From positions 18,636 through 82,635 of the forward strand of contig VGTI01000008.1 in assembly GCA_016874735.1 (NCBI GenBank): a DNA stretch of 64,000 bases, in the 5' to 3' direction. Positions within the stretch are counted from its first letter, which is position 1; each line of letters begins with the position of its first letter. The notes below the pieces were generated by a model. It had not been told where the DNA came from, made no database searches, and worked only from the letters and a program-made list of their open reading frames with translations. The translations under genes and the position numbers were made by a program. Source of the DNA: Deltaproteobacteria bacterium. GTDB lineage: Bacteria; Bdellovibrionota_B; Oligoflexia; Oligoflexales; CAIYRB01. Shown here one piece after another: positions 57,353 through 64,000 of the stretch.

Positions 57353-58372
57353 TCAGCCGGCACGACGTGTGCAGGTGAGATTTTTACTGTTCCACTGCCC
57401 ACCGCGCGGACAGGCACAGCTCTGGCGTTTTTGATTCCAGGTGCCGCGGTTCCACTCACTCTCGCATACATTGCGACTGGGTAGCGCGTGGGGATCGAGA
57501 CAGCTCTGATTGAGCCACATCCTGCCCTTGGGACACTGACATCTTTTCTGCACACCGTCCCAACTGCCACCGTGAAATTCACTTTCGCAAATTTTTGACG
57601 AACTCAAACGCGACATTAAAGCACAAGACTCGTGCCACCAAATGCGACCCGATGGGCAGTTGCACCGATTTTTACTATCGTCCCATTTGCCACTGTTGAG
57701 ACCGTTCTCGCAGGTGAATTTGAGCGTGTTCCCTGCAACACTCTTGGCTGCCACACATCCGCCGCGCTCGGGTATAAAAGTTTCGCCGCCACTGCAGCGA
57801 CAGTCACCTTTGCTCCAGCGTCCGGGACGCACCGCGCTCGTGCACGCCGCATCAGAGACCTGATTGCGTATGGCCTGGCATTTAGCGCCTACCAAGACTT
57901 TATGTTCGGGGCACAAGCAGTAGGATTCACCACCCATCCACTTTGCGTGAGCTTTCTCACAGTTAGTTTTAAGCGCGGCCAATTGATGCGGCGTGAGTGA
58001 CTGGACTTGCGCATCAGCTTTGTCCGTTTTTGCTATGCCACTCCTGCGCCCATCTTTGGCCTTATTTTCAGGCAACAGTGTAGCTGGCGTGACTTCACGC
58101 AGTGTTGATACCTGCGGCGCGAGTGTCGCTGGTTGGGCCTCGGTGAGTTGCGCTTTGTCCTTGCTACCAGCCTCACTGTCGCAGCGACTACCCGTCCACT
58201 TGGAGCCGCCGGCACATTCGCACTCATTGGTGGTCGCACTAAGAGTTGCACCTGCGGCGACGCAAACTTTACTCTTCTCATTCACATCCGCATCTTTACC
58301 ACTCGGATCGTTATGACAAGCAAAGGCAACAAACAGCGCAAACATGGGGGCAAAACGGCGCATGTAGCCCAT
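57353..58372 (-). CDS. Cys-rich repeat lipoprotein (six C-x8-9-W-x5-6-C-x-C-x10-11-C modules)
   Basis: Lipobox VAFAC. Modules include TCENGLNSGKWDDSKNRCNCPSGRIWWHESC, ICESEFHGGSWDGVQKRCQCPKGRMWLNQSC and VCESEWNRGTWNQKRQSCACPRGGQWNSKNLTC. Confidence 0.6.
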   Translation of the reverse strand: MGYMRRFAPMFALFVAFACHNDPSGKDADVNEKSKVCVAAGATLSATTNECECAGGSKWTGSRCDSEAGSKDKAQLTEAQPATLAPQVSTLREVTPATLLPENKAKDGRRSGIAKTDKADAQVQSLTPHQLAALKTNCEKAHAKWMGGESYCLCPEHKVLVGAKCQAIRNQVSDAACTSAVRPGRWSKGDCRCSGGETFIPERGGCVAAKSVAGNTLKFTCENGLNSGKWDDSKNRCNCPSGRIWWHESCALMSRLSSSKICESEFHGGSWDGVQKRCQCPKGRMWLNQSCLDPHALPSRNVCESEWNRGTWNQKRQSCACPRGGQWNSKNLTCTRRAG

Positions 58373-58405
58373 CGGAAAGAATCCTCCACTAAACCAATTT
58401 ATAAT

Positions 58406-58846
58406 CTAATTATACAGCAGTTTAGATACGGCGTCCCATGGCAGGAGCACGCAAGTCATGCGCGTTGGATATCTTTGCAAATCAAAAATAGCCCGCAAAT
58501 CGCCTTGAAATTTCGTCGCTTGCTCAGGATCCATGCTCTGATAGGACGTCTGAAAGAGCGCAACCAGCTTCTGCGCATCGACTTTGGTCTTACCCGCGAG
58601 GCTACTGACCATGATGGAGGCACTGGACTTACAGAGGAGACAGGAGCGGCAGTGAAAACCGAGCTGCAGCTTGCCCCCTGCGTCCCAGCGCCCCATGACA
58701 GTGACCTCGTCGCCACAGAGAGGATTGGTGACTGTGCGTGATGCTGCGCCATCCAGAGACTCGGTATACCCAACCGGTTGGCGCGCATGGGCAAGAACAC
58801 GGTCCTGATAAACTGCGGACGCATTTTTCGAGTTAGGAGGGTTCAC
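58406..58846 (-). CDS. sufU: SufU/NifU-N-terminal-type Fe-S scaffold-like protein
   Basis: Colinear by eye with B. subtilis SufU. Matching blocks: YQDRVLAHARQP, NPLCGD, CLLCKSSAS, YPTRMTCVLLPW. The GTG start overlaps the upstream gene's stop (GTGA). Confidence 0.7.
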   Translation of the reverse strand: MNPPNSKNASAVYQDRVLAHARQPVGYTESLDGAASRTVTNPLCGDEVTVMGRWDAGGKLQLGFHCRSCLLCKSSASIMVSSLAGKTKVDAQKLVALFQTSYQSMDPEQATKFQGDLRAIFDLQRYPTRMTCVLLPWDAVSKLLYN

Positions 58847-59835
58847 GCCTCAACTCTTGCCGTCAGTCTATTATAGGCATTGACTAACAGCTTGAAGCCT
58901 TGGTCATCACCACCCTGGAGATCGGGATGCAGCTTTTTAGCCATGGCGATATAGCGCTGCCGCAGATCACCTGGAGCAGGTAATGCAGCGAACCCCATGA
59001 AGCGCAATGCTTCAAGATCAGCCGGTGCGAGCAAAGGCGCGGCGGTAGACGCCTGTGAACGTCGCCGCCTAAACTCGTCACGAATATCCTGCGCCCCGCG
59101 CTGCGAGCGCTGGCGGCGCACGTCTTGCTCCATGGCCTCGCGCCTCTGGACTAACCAAAGACGTAGACTGCACTCGCGCAGCTGCTGATAGCAATTGCTG
59201 AGTCGCTCACGTGCCGCTATCAGCTCACCGCGGACGTTGGTGAGAAAGGAACATACCGAGCGACATTGTAGTTCCGTCGGTAAGCCGTCGGGTAACTCAT
59301 CAAGCCGCAAACCGACGAACGGCACCGGTAACTTACAAATCTGCTCTAAACGCGCGTTGTGTCTAAGTAAGGTTGTCCATAGGCAAGGTTGATCCTCAGC
59401 GAATGGTAAGCTGCTCGCGTCCCGCATCTGCCAGGATTTGACTAAAGCTTGTTCAACCTGCGAGACAAGTGCTCCGTCGTAGGGAGCAAACACCGGTTCA
59501 CTAAGCAAGGCCGCCTGAAAGGGACCCGTGGTCGTCGCAGCTGGCGCCCTGAACCACGCACTAGGACGCTCCACCGTCAGCATTGGGAGTCTAAATCTCA
59601 GTGTATTTTCGAGTGCACGGATCCTTTGACTGAGATCAGTCACTGCATCAACTTGCAGAGTCTCGCCGCTAAGTGACTTGCGTATCGTATCGACAAACAT
59701 ACGGCGACTATCGAGCTCGGCAATGACAGCATCCAAGCATGAAGCGACTGGGCCGTCATGGACGATAGCCGTCAGAAACCAGTCGTTGACTAGCCGATCG
59801 GCGGATTCACTTTTGGACTCAGAGGTCTTGGCCAT
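58843..59835 (-). CDS. protein with a C-terminal J domain (DnaJ-like co-chaperone), N-terminal ~260 aa unknown
   Basis: C-terminal LRQRYIAMAKKLHPDLQGGDDQGFKLLVNAYNRL with an HPD tripeptide. Confidence 0.6.
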   Translation of the reverse strand: MAKTSESKSESADRLVNDWFLTAIVHDGPVASCLDAVIAELDSRRMFVDTIRKSLSGETLQVDAVTDLSQRIRALENTLRFRLPMLTVERPSAWFRAPAATTTGPFQAALLSEPVFAPYDGALVSQVEQALVKSWQMRDASSLPFAEDQPCLWTTLLRHNARLEQICKLPVPFVGLRLDELPDGLPTELQCRSVCSFLTNVRGELIAARERLSNCYQQLRECSLRLWLVQRREAMEQDVRRQRSQRGAQDIRDEFRRRRSQASTAAPLLAPADLEALRFMGFAALPAPGDLRQRYIAMAKKLHPDLQGGDDQGFKLLVNAYNRLTARVEA

Positions 59836-59854
59836 AGGCGGGCTTTAACTAAAC

Positions 59855-60406
59855 TTAATCTTTTTTTGGTTCTTTGTTGTAGCTGCGCTCTAGTTGCTCG
59901 GATAAACGATTGAGCTCATGAGCAACCTCGGAAAAAGCGTCACCTTTACGCAAATAAGTCCGCGAGTTGAATCGCCCCTCGCGCAGAGCTCTGAGATGAC
60001 GTTTAAACGCAATCGTCGGCCCCACCAACTTGTGCGTATACAGAATCGACAGCGTCACAGTCGATACGATATACAAAAAGAACGACCCGTACACCCAAAT
60101 CTGTGTCCCTCGCCAATAGTCCATGAATAGCTCTCTGACTTCGTCCTCTGCGTCCGTCAGGAGTACCACTGAGTTCACCAGGCCGGCAAAGTTGTAGTAC
60201 ACAATCCACGCTAGTGCCGCGGCAAAAAGCAGCGACAAGATGATGGAATAAAGGCCAATCTTAATTTGCTGCAAGGGCTGCAGGACAAAGTTACGAACCC
60301 TGCGCTTAGCCTTGCCCCCAGGTGTCATCTCTGACAGCGGCTGGCTGAGAGGCTGGGATAACGGCTGCGGCTCTCTTTGCCCCAGATTAGGTTGTTGATT
60401 GGTCAC
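59855..60406 (-). CDS. two-TM protein with a HAMP domain and no output domain
   Basis: Two hydrophobic helices, then GPTIAFKRHLRALREGRF...GDAFSEVAHELNRLSEQLE (HAMP-like). N-terminal PLSQPLSQPLS micro-repeat. Confidence 0.5.
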   Translation of the reverse strand: MTNQQPNLGQREPQPLSQPLSQPLSEMTPGGKAKRRVRNFVLQPLQQIKIGLYSIILSLLFAAALAWIVYYNFAGLVNSVVLLTDAEDEVRELFMDYWRGTQIWVYGSFFLYIVSTVTLSILYTHKLVGPTIAFKRHLRALREGRFNSRTYLRKGDAFSEVAHELNRLSEQLERSYNKEPKKD

Positions 60407-60459
60407 CGCCTTGCCCCCCTTATGAAGTGCCTGCCTCTGCAGTAGCTCAGTAATTATAA

Positions 60460-62211
60460 CTATTTTACGTCGTAAGTATAAACCAACTCGCCCACCATAT
60501 TATCCGGAACAGGAAACTGCATACTGGAGAGCGCTAGATAGACACATTCCGCTAACTTCGGATCGTTTGCCGAGCCGCCCGTGTGCTTAAGCTTGGCCAT
60601 AGTCCCTGATTGTTTAGACAGAAGAAAGGTAAAGCTCAAAGTACCTCGCAAATTATCATTGAAATCGAGTCGATCCGTGTAGCACCGACGCACCGACGCA
60701 TCGTTGGCGTTAAGGATCGCGGCAATAGATTTGGCATGGTAGTTGTGACGCATGAGGTCTAGCTTATAAAACATGGAAATCTGACGCGTAAACGTGATGC
60801 TGCGGCGCAATTCGTTCGTCGTGGAGTTGTCAGATTCGGCGTTATTGATCGCCTTTTTGCCGGCAAAAACCTCTTGCACGAGTCCAGTCTTACCATCGAT
60901 CACGGCTGCCACCGAGCTATCCTTGCGATCTTTGCCCTGCTCTTTGAAGGGATTGGCAATGGGCTCAAAGGTAAGTGCTAGTCCGTCCGCACCTTGGGGC
61001 CTAACAATCCATCTTCCTAGGTTTGAGAGGCACTGCTTTTTCACGGAGTAGCGCTGTTGATCGGCGTCGCCCATCCAGGTTCTCTTAGCCCCAGTGCCAT
61101 CGACGAGCTCAATCTTATCGAGGCGGTATTTGCCCGTCGCCGCGATCCAAATCTGGCCAGCAACGGATGTTGGCTGACGACTCGGATCTAAGCTAACCAT
61201 GACCGGATTGTTGTGCAAAAGGTCGGTCATATAGACCTGGACTTCGCTGGTAAAACCACCGCGAAAGTTTTGGAGGCTCAGGCTGATAAAAAACGCCCCC
61301 CGACTCTTTTCGAAGTACTCACCGTGCCATTCATTAAGACGTAAACCTGCCAGCTGGCCAGATGCAGATACGTCCTGCCGCGCGCCGGCGCCACTCGGGG
61401 CTCCCTTACCATCGGTGGCAGAGGTCGCGCCAAAGAGTGCTTTTTTGCCAGCAAAGATCGCCTGCACCGCTCCGGAGGTACCATCAATGACGGCGGCTAC
61501 ACTGTTGTCCTCGCGACTCCGCCCCAGTTCCTTGAAGGTGTTGGGAGTGGACTCAAAAGTCACCGCAAGGCCATTGGCACCCTGGGGCGTAAAGGTCCAC
61601 CGTCCTAGGTTAGAAAGGCAGTAGCTCTTGACGGCAAACTTGAAGCTATCGTCACCACCGCTCCAGCTACGTTTAATACCGCTACCGTCGATCACTTCAA
61701 TGCGCTTAATCGCGTACTTACCTGTTGCGGCAATGAACATCTGTCCCGGTGCGGCTGCACTCAGGCGACTCGGATCCAGACGCAGAAGATGCGTCTCTCT
61801 CTGCTGGATGTCGGTGACGATGACGCGGACCTCCGGGATCCGGCCTTTGCCACCGGCTAGTTGCTGCAGGGACAGACCAACAAAAAGGCCGCCGTGTTTT
61901 TTAGCAAAGCGCTCGCCACGCCACTCACGTGCCTCGGTTTCATCCTGACCAGGCGCCGTCCATGATGCCGGAGCTACAGGCGCCGGAGCATTTACCGGCT
62001 TGGGTGCGACTGCTGGGGCCTGTGCCTGAGGCACTGCCGTTGCACCTTTGCCCCTTGGACGCCCCGCCCATGTCTTAGTGCTCACACCCGTCTTGGTCGC
62101 CTTGGCCTGGGACTGGGCCTTGGCAGCGGCAACCGCAACAAAATCACCAGAGGCTAAGCCACCTGCGCTCAGCAGTATTGATAGCGATAGCAGCCGTGAC
62201 AACGTGAGCAA
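60460..62211 (-). CDS. secreted protein: Ala/Pro linker, two tandem ~160-aa modules, AgmX/PglI-type C-terminal domain
   Basis: Signal peptide. Duplicated modules aa 96-258 and 294-454. C-terminal VRRCYTDRL...GTLSFTFLL...AECVYLALSSMQFPVP...LVYTYDVK parallels the tail of the FHA-TonB-like protein. Confidence 0.65.
   Translation of the reverse strand: MLTLSRLLSLSILLSAGGLASGDFVAVAAAKAQSQAKATKTGVSTKTWAGRPRGKGATAVPQAQAPAVAPKPVNAPAPVAPASWTAPGQDETEAREWRGERFAKKHGGLFVGLSLQQLAGGKGRIPEVRVIVTDIQQRETHLLRLDPSRLSAAAPGQMFIAATGKYAIKRIEVIDGSGIKRSWSGGDDSFKFAVKSYCLSNLGRWTFTPQGANGLAVTFESTPNTFKELGRSREDNSVAAVIDGTSGAVQAIFAGKKALFGATSATDGKGAPSGAGARQDVSASGQLAGLRLNEWHGEYFEKSRGAFFISLSLQNFRGGFTSEVQVYMTDLLHNNPVMVSLDPSRQPTSVAGQIWIAATGKYRLDKIELVDGTGAKRTWMGDADQQRYSVKKQCLSNLGRWIVRPQGADGLALTFEPIANPFKEQGKDRKDSSVAAVIDGKTGLVQEVFAGKKAINNAESDNSTTNELRRSITFTRQISMFYKLDLMRHNYHAKSIAAILNANDASVRRCYTDRLDFNDNLRGTLSFTFLLSKQSGTMAKLKHTGGSANDPKLAECVYLALSSMQFPVPDNMVGELVYTYDVK
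60850..61926 (-). repeat. intragenic tandem duplication (units 61438..61926 and 60850..61332)
   Basis: The protein-level repeat EW(R/H)GE.F.K..G.F...SLQ...EV.V..TD...LDPSR...GQ..IAATGKY....IE..DG.G.KR.W.G......VK..CLSNLGRW...PQGA.GLA.TFE...N.FKE.G....D.SVAAVIDG..G.VQ..FAGKKA occurs twice. Confidence 0.85.
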
Positions 62212-62325
62212 GGTCGGGTGGTTCCATGGTTGAATGGGACTGGATGTGAGGATGGATCATTTCATTCTACCCCATCTCCCCCAACTTACCGCACTGTCTG
62301 GCCTCCGGTCTCAAGCACAGGGGCG

Positions 62326-62353
62326 TTGCCTTTTGGCCAAGTCACGCTAGAAT
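62326..62353 (+). promoter_or_regulatory. candidate sigma70-type promoter for the P5C dehydrogenase gene
   Basis: TTGCCT-N16-TAGAAT, 34 nt upstream of ATG 62387. Confidence 0.35.
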
Positions 62354-62386
62354 GCGCCCAGGTCTTAACTGCTTGCGAGGATGAAC

Positions 62387-64000
62387 ATGGCCAACGGGCT
62401 TTTCACAGTTCCCCCCCCAGTCAACGAACCGGTTCTCAATTATGCCCCTGGTAGTCCAGAGCGTGCCGCGCTCAAGACCGAACTCAAGAGGCAATCGTCG
62501 GATCAGGTCGATATCCCGCTGGTCATCAAAGGCAAAGAGGTCCGCTCACAGGCCGCAGGCCAGGTCACGATGCCGCACAAGCATCAGCATGTGATCGCTA
62601 AGTTCCACAATGCGACGTCCTCGGATGTGGACGCGGCCATCAACGCAGCCGTTACCGTACAAAAAGAGTGGTCACGCTTAGCTTGGCAAGACCGAGCGGC
62701 CGTATTTCTTAAAGCTGCCGATCTCTTGAGTGGTAAATACCGGCAGGTCATGAATGCCGCAACCATGCTCGGCCAGAGCAAGACTTGTTATCAGGCTGAA
62801 ATTGACGCTGCCTGTGAGCTCGCAGATTTCTGGCGCTTCAACGTGCATTTCATGACGGAACTCTACCGTGATCAGCCAATTTCGCCAGCCGGTGTGTGGA
62901 ACCGCACAGTGGGGCGTGGGCTTGAGGGCTTTGTCTTTGCTGTTAGCCCCTTCAACTTCACGTCGATTGCGCTCAACTTGCCAACGGCCCCAGCCCTCAT
63001 GGGCTGCGGCGTGGTGTGGAAGCCAGCGGCCACCGGACTTGCTGGCGCCTGGGTTGGGATGCAGATACTGCGTGAGGCCGGGCTACCAGACGGCGTCGTC
63101 AACATGATTAGCGGAGATCCCGTCGCTATTAGTGCACAGGCGCTTGCCAATCAGCACTTAGCTGGCGTTCATTTCACGGGATCCACAGCGGTGTTCAATA
63201 GCATGTGGCAGACCGTCGGCCAGAACATCAACAACTACCGCACCTATCCGCGCCTGGTAGGCGAGACTGGCGGCAAGGACTTTGTCTTTGCCCATCCGTC
63301 GGCCGACGCTCAGGCCTTGGTCACCGCGCTCGTGCGCGGCGCCTTTGAGTATCAGGGGCAAAAATGCAGTGCGGCGTCGCGCGCTTACGTGCCACGCAGT
63401 CTCTGGGCCAAAGTTAAGGACGACTTGGTGAGCCAGGTCAGCAGTCTCAAGATGGGAGATCCTGCCGACTTCACGAATTTCCTAGCCGCAGTGATCGATA
63501 GCCGTGCCTTTGCGCGGCTCAAAGGCGCCGTCGATTACGCTAAGCAGTCGACTGCAGCGAAGATCCTCGTTGGTGGAGAGACAGACGACTCTGTTGGCTA
63601 CTTCATCAAGCCGACCGTCGTTGTGACGGAAGATCCCAAATTCCGTACCATGAGCGAGGAGCTCTTTGGTCCGGTGCTGACGATTTACGTCTACGACGAC
63701 CAGCAATTGGACGAGACGCTGAAACTCGCCGACGAGACCTCTCCCTATGCTCTAACGGGTGCCATCTTTGCCCAAGATCGCCAGGCGATTGTCAAACTGA
63801 CGACGGCACTAGAGCAGACTGCAGGTAACTTCTACATCAATGATAAACCTACGGGTGCCGTCGTTGGGCAGCAGCCATTTGGTGGGGCCCGCGCCTCCGG
63901 CACTAATGATAAAGCTGGCAGCAAACTTAACCTGGTGCGCTGGATGAGTCAGCGTACGATCAAGGAAACGTTCGTTCCACCCACGCAATATGCATATCCC
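62387..64000 (+). CDS. pruA: L-glutamate gamma-semialdehyde (1-pyrroline-5-carboxylate) dehydrogenase, 3' end just beyond the window
   Basis: I translated this frame by hand: it is open for 538 codons with no stop to base 64000. ALDH motifs FNFTSIA, VGETGGKDF, EYQGQKCSAASR (catalytic Cys), EELFGPV. ALDH4-type ends NEPVLNYAPGSPER...RWMSQRTIKETFVPP. GAGG lies 6 nt upstream. Absent from the supplied ORF track. Confidence 0.9.
   Translation, partial: MANGLFTVPPPVNEPVLNYAPGSPERAALKTELKRQSSDQVDIPLVIKGKEVRSQAAGQVTMPHKHQHVIAKFHNATSSDVDAAINAAVTVQKEWSRLAWQDRAAVFLKAADLLSGKYRQVMNAATMLGQSKTCYQAEIDAACELADFWRFNVHFMTELYRDQPISPAGVWNRTVGRGLEGFVFAVSPFNFTSIALNLPTAPALMGCGVVWKPAATGLAGAWVGMQILREAGLPDGVVNMISGDPVAISAQALANQHLAGVHFTGSTAVFNSMWQTVGQNINNYRTYPRLVGETGGKDFVFAHPSADAQALVTALVRGAFEYQGQKCSAASRAYVPRSLWAKVKDDLVSQVSSLKMGDPADFTNFLAAVIDSRAFARLKGAVDYAKQSTAAKILVGGETDDSVGYFIKPTVVVTEDPKFRTMSEELFGPVLTIYVYDDQQLDETLKLADETSPYALTGAIFAQDRQAIVKLTTALEQTAGNFYINDKPTGAVVGQQPFGGARASGTNDKAGSKLNLVRWMSQRTIKETFVPPTQYAYP

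Noticed and set aside
1-64000. A scan for mobile elements, prophage, CRISPR arrays, rRNA, toxin-antitoxin pairs or recognisable defence-system genes (restriction, Cas, Abi, retron and similar).
   Set aside because: I found no transposase, integrase or recombinase motifs, no repeat-spacer arrays and no nuclease/helicase/methylase-type ORFs. The window reads as core chromosome rather than an accessory island.

Overview
This 64-kb window is a densely coding chromosomal segment from a Gram-negative bacterium. I read about 54 protein-coding genes and one tRNA-Gly(GCC). I saw no rRNA, CRISPR array, transposase, integrase or prophage signature. Several families here point tentatively to a Bdellovibrionota/Myxococcota-like (former delta-proteobacterial) lineage: AgmX/PglI-type TonB-like tails, a myxobacterial-type small OM beta-barrel, 7TMR-DISM sensors and Agl/Glt-like motor genes. 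All domain calls come from reading motifs by eye, not from searches.

Housekeeping content:
- Metabolism: thrC (5' truncated by the window), acyl-CoA dehydrogenase, a ~1030-aa NAD-glutamate dehydrogenase, a glutamate-cysteine-ligase family enzyme, eukaryote-type NADP-isocitrate dehydrogenase, and P5C dehydrogenase.
- The P5C dehydrogenase CDS (62387..64000) runs off the 3' edge and is missing from the supplied ORF track.
- Redox and other enzymes: msrPQ, HIT, HAD, SDR and patatin.
- Membrane proteins and transporters: OPT transporter, ClC and DedA.

Most interesting features:
1. Two tandem, overlapping paralogs fuse a 7TMR-DISM sensor, a class III nucleotidyl cyclase and a PilZ domain. Their catalytic-residue losses are complementary (metal Asp lost in one, transition-state Arg lost in the other). 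This predicts an obligate C1/C2-like heterodimer that could link c-di-GMP sensing to cNMP synthesis.
2. A canonical but orphan fliG lies in the same co-directional gene string, with no other flagellar genes in the window.
3. An uninterrupted Agl/Glt-like envelope-spanning motor operon: ExbB-like, 2x ExbD-like, OM beta-barrel, three TPR proteins, an FHA-TonB-like protein and an M23 peptidase.
4. A five-gene co-directional cluster of poorly characterised envelope and chaperone-like genes. It encodes an internally duplicated AgmX/PglI-tail protein, a TM-HAMP stub, a C-terminal J-domain protein translationally coupled to a SufU-like scaffold, and a Cys-rich repeat lipoprotein.
5. An Fe3+-type ABC importer operon that continues into a CtaA/COX15-like gene and a PNGase F-like lipoprotein.
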